This document shows, in pieces, positions 1 to 14,376 of a DNA stretch of 64,000 nt. The notes beneath the pieces are model-generated. The model was not told the DNA's origin. It was given only the letters and a program-made list of their open reading frames with translations, and did not search any database. Source of the stretch: Eledone cirrhosa (taxonomy: Eukaryota); contig OZ024742.1 in assembly GCA_964016885.1 (NCBI GenBank), positions 9,548,001 through 9,612,000 on the forward strand, written 5' to 3'. Positions within the stretch are counted from its first letter, which is position 1, and each line of letters starts with the position of its first letter. Position numbers and translations under genes: made by a program.

Positions 1-3000
1 TATATGAATCCACCATTCTCTACTATATACCAATCCACCATTCTCTACTATATGTCAATCAACCATTCTCTACTATAAACCAATCCACCATTCTCAACTA
101 TATACCAATCCACCATTCTCTACTATATACCAATCTACCATTCTCTACTATATACCAATCCACCATTCTCTACTATATACCAATCTACCATTCTCTACTA
201 AATACCAATCCACCATTCTCTACTATATACCAATCCACCATTCTCTACTATATACCAATCCACCATTCTCTACTATATGTCAATCAACCATTCTCTACTA
301 TATACCAATCCACCATTCTCTAATGTATACCGATACACCATTCTCTACTATATATGAATCCACCATTCTCTACTATATACCAATCCACCATTCTCTACTA
401 TATAGCAATCCACTATTCTCTACTATATACCAATCAACCATTCTCTACTATATACCAATCCACCATTCTCTAATGTATACCGATACACCATTCTCTACTA
501 TATATGAATCCACCATTCTCTACTATATATCAATCCACCATTCTCTACTATAAACCAATCTACCATTCCCTACTATATACCAATCCACCATTCTCTACTA
601 TATACCAATCCACCATTCTCAACTATATACCAATCCACCATTCTCTACTATATACCAATCCACCATTCTCTACTATATGTCAATCAACCATTCTCTACTA
701 TATACCAATCCACCATTCTCAACTATATACCAATCCACCATTCTCTACTATATACCAATCTACCATTCTCTACTATATATGAATCCACCATTCTCTACTA
801 TATACCAATCCACCATTCTCTACTATATACCAATCTACCATTCTCTACTATATACAAATCCACCATTCTCTACTATATACCAATCCACCATTCTCTACTA
901 TATATCAATCCACCATTCTCTACTATAAACCAATCTACCATTCCTTACTATATACCAATCCACCATTCTCTACTATATACCAATCCACCATTCTCAACTA
1001 TATACCAATCCACCATTCTCTACTATATACCAATCCACCATTCTCTACTATATGTCAATCAACCATTCTCTACTATATACCAATCCACCATTCTCAACTA
1101 TATACCAATCCACCATTCTCTACTATATACCAATCTACCATTCTCTACTATATACCAATCCACCATTCTCTACTATATACCAATCTACCATTCTCTACTA
1201 TATACCAATCCACCATTCTCTACTATATACCAATCCACCATTCTCTACTATATACCAATCTACCATTCTCTACTATATACAAATCCACCATTCTCTACTA
1301 TATACCAATCCACCATTCTCTACTATATATCAATCCACCATTCTCTACTATAAACCAATCTACCATTCCCTACTATATACCAATCCACCATTCTCTACTA
1401 TATACCAATCCACCATTCTCAACTATATACCAATCCACCATTCTCTACTATATACCAATCCACCATTCTCTACTATATGTCAATCAACCATTCTCTACTA
1501 TATACCAATCCACCATTCTCAACTATATACCAATCCACCATTCTCTACTATATACCAATCTACCATTCTCTACTATATACCAATCCACCATTCTCTACTA
1601 TATACCAATCTACCATTCTCTACTATATACCAATCCACCATTCTCTAATATATACCAATCCACCATTCTCTACTATATGTCAATCAACCATTCTCTACTA
1701 TATACCAATCCACCATTCTCTAATGTATACCGATACACCATTCTCTACTATATATGAATCCACCATTCTCTACTATATACCAATCCACCATTCTCTACTA
1801 TATACCAATCCACCATTCTCTAATGTATACCGATACACCATTCTCTACTATATACCAATCCACCATTCTCTACTATATACCAATCCACCATTCTCTACTA
1901 TATACCAATCCACCATTCTCTACTATATACCAATCCACCATTCTCTACTATATACCAATCCACCATGCTCTACTATATATCAATCCACCATTCTCTACTA
2001 TATACCAATCCACCATTCTCTAATATATACCAATCCACCATTCTCTACTATATACCAATCCACCATTCTCTACTATATACCAATCTACCATTCTCTACTA
2101 TATACCAATCCACCATTCTCTACTATATACCAATCTACCATTCTCTACTAAATACCAATCCACTATTCTCTACTATATACCAATCCACCATTCTCTACTA
2201 TATACCAATCCACCATTCTCTACTATATGTCAATCAACCATTCTCTACTATATACCAATCCACCATTCTCTAATGTATACCGATACACCATTCTCTACTA
2301 TATATGAATCCACCATTCTCTACTATATACCAATCCACCATTCTCTACTATATAGCAATCCACCATTCTCTACTATATACCAATCAACCATTCTCTACTA
2401 TATACCAATCCACCATTCTCTAATGTATACCGATACACCATTCTCTACTATATATGAATCCACCATTCTCTACTATATACCAATCCACCATTCTCTACTA
2501 TATGTCAATCAACCATTCTCTACTATAAACCAATCCACCATTCTCAACTATATACCAATCCACCATTCTCTACTATATACCAATCTACCATTCTCTACTA
2601 TATACCAATCCACCATTCTCTACTATATACCAATCTACCATTCTCTACTAAATACCAATCCACCATTCTCTACTATATACCAATCCACCATTCTCTACTA
2701 TATACCAATCCACAATTCTCTACTATATGTCAATCAACCATTCTCTACTATATACCAATCCACCATTCTCTAATGTATACCGATACACCATTCTCTACTA
2801 TATATGAATCCACCATTCTCTACTATATACCAATCCACCATTCTCTACTATATAGCAATCCACCATTCTCTACTATATACCAATCAACCATTCTCTACTA
2901 TATACCAATCCACCATTCTCTAATGTATACCGATACACCATTCTCTACTATATATGAATCCACCATTCTCTACTATATATCAATCCACCATTCTCTACTA

Positions 3001-6000
3001 TATGTCAATCAACCATTCTCTACTATATACCAATCCACCATTCTCAACTATATACCAATCCACCATTCTCTACTATATACCAATCTACCATTCTCTACTA
3101 TATATGAATCCACCATTCTCTACTATATACCAATCCACCATTCTCTACTATATACCAATCTACCATTCTCTACTATATACAAATCCACCATTCTCTACTA
3201 TATACCAATCCACCATTCTCTACTATATATCAATCCACCATTCTCTACTATAAACCAATCTACTATTCCTTACTATATACCAATCCACCATTCTCTACTA
3301 TATACCAATCCACCATTCTCAACTATATACCAATCCACCATTCTCTACTATATACCAATCCACCATTCTCTACTATATGTCAATCAACCATTCTCTACTA
3401 TATACCAATCCACCATTCTCAACTATATACCAATCCACCATTCTCTACTATATACCAATCTACCATTCTCTACTATATACCAATCCACCATTCTCTACTA
3501 TATACCAATCTACCATTCTCTACTATATACCAATCCACCATTCTCTACTATATACCAATCCACCATTCTCTACTATATACCAATCTACCATTCTCTACTA
3601 TATACAAATCCACCATTCTCTACTATATACCAATCCACCATTCTCTACTATATATCAATCCACCATTCTCTACTATAAACCAATCTACCATTCCCTACTA
3701 TATACCAATCCACCATTCTCTACTATATACCAATCCACCATTCTCAACTATATACCAATCCACCATTCTCTACTATATACCAATCCACCATTCTCTACTA
3801 TATGTCAATCAACCATTCTCTACTATATACCAATCCACCATTCTCAACTATATACCAATCCACCATTCTCTACTATATACCAATCTACCATTCTCTACTA
3901 TAAACCAATCCACCATTCTCTACTATATACCAATCTACCATTCTCTACTATATACCAATCCACCATTCTCTACTATATACCGATCCACCATTCTCTACTA
4001 TATGTCAATCAACCATTCTCTACTATATACCAATCCACCATTCTCTAATGTATACCGATACACCATTCTCTACTATATATGAATCCACCATTCTCTACTA
4101 TATACCAATCCACCATTCTCTACTATATACCAATCCACCATTCTCTAATGTATACCGATACACCATTCTCTACTATATACCAATCCACCATTCTCTACTA
4201 TATACCAATCCACCATTCTCTACTATATACCAATCCACCATTCTCTACTATATACCAATCCACCATTCTCTACTATATACCAATCCACCATTCTCTACTA
4301 TATATCAATCCACCATTCTCTACTATATACCAATCCACCATTCTCTACTATATACCAATCCACCATTCTCTACTATATACCAATCCACCATTCTCTACTA
4401 TATGTCAATCAACCATTCTCTACTATATACCAATCCACCATTCTCTACTATATACCAATCCACCATTCTCTACTATATATCAATCTACCATTCTCTACTA
4501 TATACCAATCCACCATTCTCTACTATATACCAATCCACCATTCTCTACTATATACCAATCCACCATTATCTACTATACAGCAATCCACCATTCTCTACTA
4601 TATACCAATCCACCATTCTCTAATATATATCAATCTACCATTCTCTACTCTATATACCAATCCACCATTCTCTACTATATACCAATCCACCATTCTCTAC
4701 TATATACCAATCCACCATTCTCTACTATATACCAATCCACCATTCTCTACTATATACCAATCCACCATTCTCTACTATATACCAATCCACCATTATCTAC
4801 TATACAGCAATCCACCATTCTCTACTATATACCAATCCACCATTCTCTAATATATACCAATCCACCATTCTCTACTATACACCAATCCACCATTCTCTAC
4901 TATATACCAATCCACCATTCTCTAATATATATCAATCTACCATTCTCTACTATATACCAATCCACCATTCTCTACTATATACCAATCCACCATTCTCTAC
5001 TATATGTCAATCAACCATTCTCTACTATATACCAATCCACCATTCTCAACTATATACCAATCCACCATTCTCTACTATATACCAATCTACCATTCTCTAC
5101 TATATATGAATCCACCATTCTCTACTATATACCAATCCACCATTCTCTACTATATACCAATCTACCATTCTCTACTATATACAAATCCACCATTCTCTAC
5201 TATATACCAATCCACCATTCTCTACTATATATCAATCCACCATTCTCTACTATAAACCAATCTACCATTCCTTACTATATACCAATCCACCATTCTCTAC
5301 TATATACCAATCCACCATTCTCAACTATATACCAATCCACCATTCTCTACTATATACCAATCCACCATTCTCTACTATATGTCAATCAACCATTCTCTAC
5401 TATATACCAATCCACCATTCTCAACTATATACCAATCCACCATTCTCTACTATATACCAATCTACCATTCTCTACTATATACCAATCCACCATTCTCTAC
5501 TATATACCAATCTACCATTCTCTACTATATACCAATCCACCATTCTCTACTATATACCAATCCACCATTCTCTACTATATACCAATCTACCATTCTCTAC
5601 TATATACAAATCCACCATTCTCTACTATATACCAATCCACCATTCTCTACTATATATCAATCCACCATTCTCTACTATAAACCAATCTACCATTCCCTAC
5701 TATATACCAATCCACCATTCTCTACTATATACCAATCCACCATTCTCAACTATATACCAATCCACCATTCTCTACTATATACTAATCCACCATTCTCTAC
5801 TATATGTCAATCAACCATTCTCTACTATATACCAATCCACCATTCTCAACTATATACCAATCCACCATTCTCTACTATATACTAATCTACCATTCTCTAC
5901 TATATACCAATCCACCATTCTCTACTATATACCAATCTACCATTCTCTACTACATACCAATCCACCATTCTCTACTATATACCAATCCACCATTCTCTAC

Positions 6001-9000
6001 TATATGTCAATCAACCATTCTCTACTATATACCAATCCACCATTCTCTAATGTATACCGATACACCATTCTCTACTATATATGAATCCACCATTCTCTAC
6101 TATATACCAATCCACCATTCTCTACTATATACCAATCCACCATTCTCTAATGTATACCGATACACCATTCTCTACTATATACCAATCCACCATTCTCTAC
6201 TATATACCAATCCACCATTCTCTACTATATACCAATCCACCATTCTCTACTATATACCAATCCACCATTCTCTACTATATACCAATCCACCATTCTCTAC
6301 TATATATCAATCCACCATTCTCTACTATATACCAATCCACCATTCTCTAATATATACCAATCCACCATTCTCTACTATATACCAATCCACCATTCTCTAC
6401 TATATACCAATCTACCATTCTCTACTATATACCAATCCACCATTCTCTACTATATACCAATCTACCATTCTCTACTAAATACCAATCCACCATTCTCTAC
6501 TATATACCAATCCACCATTCTCTACTATATACCAATCCACCATTCTCTACTATATGTCAATCAACCATTCTCTACTATATTCCAATCCACCATTCTCTAA
6601 TGTATACCGATACACCATTCTCTACTATATATGAATCCACCATTCTCTACTATATACCAATCCACCATTCTCTACTATATAGCAATCCACCATTCTCTAC
6701 TATATACCAATCAACCATTCTCTACTATATACCAATCCACCATTCTCTAATGTATACCGATACACCATTCTCTACTATATATGAATCCACCATTCTCTAC
6801 TATATACCAATCCACCATTCTCTACTATATGTCAATCAACCATTCTCTACTATAAACCAATCCACCATTCTCAACTATATACCAATCCACCATTCTCTAC
6901 TATATACCAATCTACCATTCTCTACTATATACCAATCCACCATTCTCTACTATATACCAATCTACCATTCTCTACTAAATACCAATCCACCATTCTCTAC
7001 TATATACCAATCCACCATTCTCTACTATATACCAATCCACCATTCTCTACTATATGTCAATCAACCATTCTCTACTCTATACCAATCCACCATTCTCTAA
7101 TGTATACCGATACACCATTCTCTACTATATATGAATCCACCATTCTCTACTATATACCAATCCACCATTCTCTACTATATAGCAATCCACCATTCTCTAC
7201 TATATACCAATCAACCATTCTCTACTATATACCAATCCACCATTCTCTAATGTATACCGATACACCATTCTCTACTATATATGAATCCACCATTCTCTAC
7301 TATATATCAATCCACCATTCTCTACTATAAACCAATCTACCATTCCCTACTATATACCAATCCACCATTCTCTACTATATACCAATCCACCATTCTCAAC
7401 TATATACCAATCCACCATTCTCTACTATATACCAATCCACCATTCTCTACTATATGTCAATCAACCATTCTCTACTATATACCAATCCACCATTCTCAAC
7501 TATATACCAATCCACCATTCTCTACTATATACCAATCTACCATTCTCTACTATATATGAATCCACCATTCTCTACTATATACCAATCCACCATTCTCTAC
7601 TATATACCAATCTACCATTCTCTACTATATACAAATCCACCATTCTCTACTATATACCAATACACCATTCTCTACTATATATCAATCCACCATTCTCTAC
7701 TATAAACCAATCTACCATTCCTTACTATATACCAATCCACCATTCTCTACTATATACCAATCCACCATTCTCAACTATATACCAATCCACCATTCTCTAC
7801 TATATACCAATCCACCATTCTCTACTATATGTCAATCAACCATTCTCTACTATATACCAATCCACCATTCTCAACTATATACCAATCCACCATTCTCTAC
7901 TATATACCAATCTACCATTCTCTACTATATACCAATCCACCATTCTCTACTATATACCAATCTACCATTCTCTACTATATACCAATCCACCATTCTCTAC
8001 TATATACCAATCCACCATTCTCTACTATATACCAATCTACCATTCTCTACTATATACAAATCCACCATTCTCTACTATATACCAATCCACCATTCTCTAC
8101 TATATATCAATCCACCATTCTCTACTATAAACCAATCTACCATTCCCTACTATATACCAATCCACCATTCTCTACTATATACCAATCCACCATTCTCAAC
8201 TATATACCAATCCACCATTCTCTACTATATACCAATCCACCATTCTCTACTATATGTCAATCAACCATTCTCTACTATATACCAATCCACCATTCTCAAC
8301 TATATACCAATCCACCATTCTCTACTATATACCAATCTACCATTCTCTACTATATACCAATCCACCATTCTCTACTATATACCAATCTACCATTCTCTAC
8401 TATATACCAATCCACCATTCTCTACTATATACCAATCCACCATTCTCTACTATATGTCAATCAACCATTCTCTACTATATACCAATCCACCATTCTCTAA
8501 TGTATACCGATACACCATTCTCTACTATATATGAATCCACCATTCTCTACTATATACCAATCCACCATTCTCTACTATATACCAATCCACCATTCTCTAA
8601 TGTATACCGATACACCATTCTCTACTATATACCAATCCACCATTCTCTACTATATACCAATCCACCATTCTCTACTATATACCAATCCACCATTCTCTAC
8701 TATATACCAATCCACCATTCTCTACTATATACCAATCCACCATTCTCTACTATATATCAATCCACCATTCTCTACTATATACCAATCCACCATTCTCTAC
8801 TATATACCAATCCACCATTCTCTACTATATACCAATCCACCATTCTCTACTATATGTCAATCAACCATTCTCTACTATATACCAATCCACCATTCTCTAC
8901 TATATACCAATCCACCATTCTCTACTATATATCAATCTACCATTCTCTACTATATACCAATCCACCATTCTCTACTATATACCAATCCACCATTCTCTAC

Positions 9001-10545
9001 TATATACCAATCCACCATTATCTACTATACAGCAATCCACCATTCTCTACTATATACCAATCCACCATTCTCTAATATATATCAATCTACCATTCTCTAC
9101 TCTATATACCAATCCACCATTCTCTACTATATACCAATCCACCATTCTCTACTATATACCAATCCACCATTCTCTACTATATACCAATCCACCATTCTCT
9201 ACTATATACCAATCCACCATTCTCTACTATATACCAATCCACCATTCTCTACTATATATCAATCCACCATTCTCTACTATATACCAATCCACCATTCTCT
9301 ACTATATACCAATCCACCATTCTCTACTATATACCAATCCACCATTATCTACTATACAGCAATCCACCATTCTCTACTATATACCAATCCACCATTCTCT
9401 AATATATACCAATCCACCATTCTCTACTATACACCAATCCACCATTCTCTACTATATACCAATCCACCATTCTCTAATATATATCAATCTACCATTCTCT
9501 ACTATATACCAATCCACCATTCTCTACTATATACAAATCCACCATTCTCTACTATATATCAATCTACCATTCTCTACTATATACCAATCCACCATTTTCT
9601 ACTATATACCAATCCCCCATTCTTTACTATATATCAATCTACCATTCTCTACTATATACCAATCCACCATTCTCTACTATATATCTATCTACCATTCTCT
9701 ACTATATACCAATCCACCATTCTCTACTATATACCAATCCACCATTCTCTAATATATATCAATCTACCATTCTCTACTATATACCAATCCACCATTCTCT
9801 ACTATATACCAATCCACCATTCTCTACTATATATCAATCTACCATTCTCTACTATATACCAATCCACCATTTTCTACTATATACCAATCCACCATTCTCT
9901 ACTATATACCAATCCACCATTCTCTACTATATATCAATCTACCATTCTCTACTATATACCAATCCACCATTCTCTACTATATACCAATCTACCATTCTCT
10001 ACTATATACCAATCCACCATTCTCTACTATATACCAATCCACCATTCTCTACTATATACCAATCTACCATTCTCTACTATATACCAATCCACCATTCTCT
10101 ACTATATACCAATCTACCATTCTCTACTATATACCAATCTACCATTCTCTACTATATACCAATCCACCATTCTCTACTATATACCAATCTACCATTCTCT
10201 ACTATATACCAATCCACCATTCTCTACTATATACCAATCTGCCATTCTCTACTATATACCAATCCACCATTCTCTACTATATACCAATCCACCATTCTCT
10301 ACTATATACCAATCCACCATGCTCTACTATATATCAATCTCCATTCTCTACTATATACCAATCCACCATTCTCTACTATATACCAATCCACCATTCTCTA
10401 CTATATACCAATCTACCATTCTCTACTATATACCATTCCACCATTCTCTACTATATACCAATCCACCATTCTCTACTATATACCAATCCACCATTCTCTA
10501 CTATATACCAATCCACCATTCTCTACTATATACCAATCCACCATT
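1..10545. repeat. 25-bp satellite (consensus TATACCAATCCACCATTCTCTACTA) with kb-scale higher-order duplications; runs off the left edge
   Basis: Uninterrupted 25-bp periodicity. Diagnostic variant monomers (TATGTCAATCAACC, TAATGTATACCGATAC, TATATGAATCC, TATAGCAATCC) recur in the same order. All ORFs here are translations of the repeat. Confidence 0.98.
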
Positions 10546-11189
10546 ATTTATCATCTATCTTTACAAGTCCAAATATATAGAAATATGTTTTACTATTTCT
10601 ATTTACTATGTTTTCATTAGTGTCAAAGGTGACGGAAGTTCCAACCAGCTTTGAAGTTCGAAATACTTTAACTATTTATGCAGACACGATTAATCTCGTT
10701 CGACAGCGGCTGTAGTACTGTTACTACTGGCATGTATCGAATAATAAGATCATCCATCTATTGATATATATTCTCCAACTCATAGATATTCGACTCTAGA
10801 TGTCAAAATAGAGGCTTAGTGACTCTGTTGAGGATATCCCCGATGACATTAGTGCATTTGACAATGAGTATCATGATGGTGATGATAATGATGATGTTTA
10901 TGTTGGGGATGATGATGGTGGTGGTGATATAATTGCGGTGAGAAGATGATGATGAGAACGCTGTCGGTGACAAAGATTAAGACGATGGCAACGACGGCGA
11001 TGATGATGATGATGACAACTATGTTTATGTAGGTACGGCTGTATCGTGTCTATATTTCATGAGGTTTCTATACAATATCTACAGGAGACACTGTTGTCCA
11101 CTAACTTCATAATATTTCCTCAAATTCTATTGTCTATTATTCTTACTCTTCAGACAACTCCTAGTCAAGAAAACGCATTGTCTGATGAT

Positions 11190-11442
11190 TCTTGTTGTAG
11201 TTGTTGTTATTGTTGTTGTTGTTACAGTTGTGGTTGTTGTTGCAGTTGTTATAGTTGTGTAGTTGTTACAGTTGTGGTTGTTGTTATAGTTGTGGTTGTT
11301 GTTATCGTTGTTGTTGTTGTTATAGTTGTTGTTATAATTGTGGTTGTTTTTATCGTTGTGGTTGTTGTTATAGTTGTTGTTGGTGTTGCAGTTGGTGTTG
11401 CAGTTGTTGTTGTTATTACAGTTGTTGATGTTGTTGTTATGT
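11190..11442. repeat. Degenerate (GTT)n microsatellite
   Basis: Direct reading; explains the poly-Val/Cys ORF 11046..11471. Confidence 0.9.
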
Positions 11443-11569
11443 TATTTATAATTTACTCTTGCCTGTCGTGATAGTTTTGAAATAGAAATCTTCACGAAAG
11501 TTTTCTCTAAATGTACAGATTTCTTTCACCAACTTAGATTTCTAATGGAGGCGCAAACCAAAGACATTA

Positions 11570-11680
11570 AGATAGGGACTAAGTTGATTAAAACAACCCC
11601 AGTATTTGAGGGAAACTTTCTCTTATCGCACTTGGAATGAAGAACAGCAAAGTTGACCACGGCGGGATTTGATCCCAGAA
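11570..11680 (-). mobile_element. Degenerate tRNA-derived SINE fragment (same family as 33583, 41205, 43855)
   Basis: GCAAAGTTGACCACGGCGGGATTTGATCCCAGAA is the reverse complement of the TTCTGAGTTCAAATCCCGCC..GGTTAAC.TTGC core of the other copies. Confidence 0.6.
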
Positions 11681-12206
11681 TGACATTTCACCACGTAGCA
11701 GTACCATGTCTTCCAACATTTCACTCTGATTCTCTCTTTCTCTCCCTCTCACTCACTCTCTAGATCTCTCTCCCCCCCTCTCTCTCTCTTGCCCTATAGT
11801 CAAAACAGAGAACTTTATGTTATCGTGACTATTAAATGTTTTATGAATTGTTTTAGTTAAAACTACTGTAATATGATTGATGTTAAAATGTAGACAACAA
11901 AGTAAGTTTAAACTGGTTTATGATGGCTATAAGTAAAGACCAAGTCAATGACAAACCATAGTAGAGTATTTCTTTCCTCATTAGTTACACAAATGCAATA
12001 TACCTTTGTACGTCGTGTGTAAACATTTTGTTCCTCGTACGATACGGTCTATTATCATATGACACACTGATACTAACACATCTCCGGCATAGAGGATGTT
12101 ACTCTCCTAAAGTTGAAGTAGTTTTCTACATTTTGATGATTTTGATGTATCAAACCCATCTTAGGATTAAATATTTTTAACAATATTAACAGTATGTCAA
12201 TATTTC

Positions 12207-12766
12207 ATTATCAATATATTGAACGATAGTACCGTATAATAGAACAGAAGATAAATAAAGGTATGAAACGTAGTAATTAGGTAAACAATGAGTTAATATC
12301 TTCTTCTATCACATGGATAAAAGCAAAACCAAAAGAAAAGGGACATGGATGCAAAATGAGAGAGGAAACATATATGAGAAAAAATATATATATGAGAAAG
12401 GTAAACATGTATATCGGTATGCAGATGAAGGTAGAAATGGTGGAAATGTTTGTCAATTTGGCCATGCAAAGTGAATATAAAAATTCGTTGTCGTATGGAG
12501 TGAGGGGCCCTCCGTCCGGGGCCTCTGTCCGGGGCCTCCGTGCAAAATGGAAGTTGCTGCAGAAAGTAAGGAGTATTATGTTGCTTTCAGGTCCGCCTAT
12601 TTCACTGGTCGAAAGTTTGTTTGTAATTTTAAGTTCATCCAGTAGTAAGGATATCATTGGTAGAGGGAATTTCCTGGTGTAGCTGATGGCTGTTTCCTTC
12701 ATTCCTTCACTATATTGGTTATCTTCTGTTCTACTATACGGTACTATCGTTCAATATATTGATAAT
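12207..12766. repeat. 560-bp element bounded by 48-bp inverted repeats (fold-back; PLE-derived or MITE)
   Basis: 12207-12254 is the reverse complement of 12719-12766 with 1 mismatch. Confidence 0.8.
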
Positions 12767-13702
12767 ATATCTGAAGTATCCAATATTGACCCCCTTTTCT
12801 AAACTTCTTACTTTAATTTAAACATCTCCCTTATATATATATATATTATTTTTTTTTATTATTCACTTCAATCATGTTTTTAACGTTTAATTTCTAATTT
12901 CCAATCTTAATTTCCACTGTGAAAACAACAATATCTAGAAATATGTTTATATTCTCATAGCAGAGATGGTCAATCCCATTGTCCAGGCATAGATTAGGGG
13001 AGGTATTGAGGCCTATTGAAACTCATACTCTGCCACCACCACTACATTTCGGTCAGCTGCCACTGACAAGGCAAATCGCAGTATACTTTAAGTGTCATAT
13101 TACCAGCCTGGATGGGGTGATCCTTTAGTTGGAGGTGTGGGGGGGGGGGGGCTGCCTAGGCTAGTATTTGGCGAGTTTGGTGTAGTGCAAAGGTTCTCAA
13201 CGGGGGAATATGCAACCCCGGGGGGCGTTTCGGAACTCCAGGGGGGCGTTTGGGAGCATGGTAGCGTTAGGGGGGGGGGCGTTTGGAGCTGGGGGAGGGG
13301 GGTTAGGGGACGCTGGAAGGCTCTTTATTTTGGTAAGTTTTATAAGCCATATTTGTATGTCTTTGAGACAGCCAGTGTGAATGCATTTGAATGAGCTTGC
13401 AGACAGCATAACTATAGTCTGACCGCAGCTGTGAGCAGGTGTGCAGGCATGTCCGGTAATTGAGCCGTTAACCGGTAATTGAGATCCTAAAAATGGAAAA
13501 ACCCACAGTCAACTGGGTCAAAGACACTTTGAGCGCAGCCAGTTAGAATCTATCTTTCCTTCACCGATAACAATGTATTTCATGTCTGAAATTATTGACT
13601 CAACCGTAACGAGTTAACACTATGTAGATCTATTTTATTCCCTATTGTATAAATAATATTACAAATAAAAAAAAAACAAAAAAAAAACAGAAGCTAGTAG
13701 CA

Positions 13703-13828
13703 CACACATCTAGGACCACATACAACACACAATCAGATAATACACACATCTAGGACCACATGCAACACATAATCAGATAATACACACATCTAGGACCACA
13801 TACAACACATAAGATAATACACACATCT
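13703..13828. repeat. 40-bp minisatellite, about 3 copies
   Basis: CACACATCTAGGACCACATRCAACACAYAATCAGATAATA repeated. Confidence 0.9.
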
Positions 13829-14137
13829 TTGGAATATCGTTAATCAATTTTTTAGTAATCTACTGATATAAAATTCAGTAGTATATTGAAAAATAGAAAA
13901 ATAGGGGGGGGGGGGCGTTTCGTGATTTCGAGGGACAAAAGGTGGCGTTTGGCCTAAATGGGTTGAGAACCTGTGGTGTAGTGGATAGTCAGCTTTCGTT
14001 TGCCCCCGTACAGACTTGCGGAGGTGAATTGTTGACCACAGAGGAACGGGCAGGCGATTCAAGAACGTACGCCTTGTCCGTCCCCTTGTCGTTTCTGTTC
14101 GGATTGCCTTCGGAATATAACCTTATTATATAAGAAT

Positions 14138-14210
14138 CTGTCTGATGATGTCACGGCACTGGGTTCACGGAATCATGTGGCCACTGTCGTTATTGAAATA
14201 TGTATCACAG
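14138..14210 (+). ncRNA. Type I hammerhead ribozyme, extended stem II
   Basis: CTGT | CTGATGA | stem II (ACGGCA...TGTCGT) | GAAA | TATGTA | TC | ACAG. Stem I is CTGT/ACAG; predicted cleavage after AUC. Confidence 0.75.
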
Positions 14211-14337
14211 CATTACCAATAAAGGACTTTAACATCTGAAACTACTTCGCATTTTCTCATTCTAAATATACTCTGTTTTTCATTTGTGGAAAAATGCGTC
14301 GAGTGCTTGATTTGAATTGCATCAATTTTTAACGTAA

Positions 14338-14369
<32 letters not shown>

Positions 14370-14376
<7 letters not shown>

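Noticed and set aside
323-10654. Long ORFs (up to 707 aa) of YTNPPFSTIYQSTILYYIPIHHSLL repeats
   Set aside because: Translation of a G-poor 25-bp satellite; the same peptide appears in all three frames.
10615-10870. Complex unique sequence with a possible splice acceptor at 10620
   Set aside because: The frames I read hit stops quickly and I recognised no protein similarity; an exon cannot be supported without RNA data.
13092-13409. Gly-rich/Pro-rich ORF pair with G-runs
   Set aside because: No recognisable domain; homopolymer G-runs like those in the nearby PLE UTRs.
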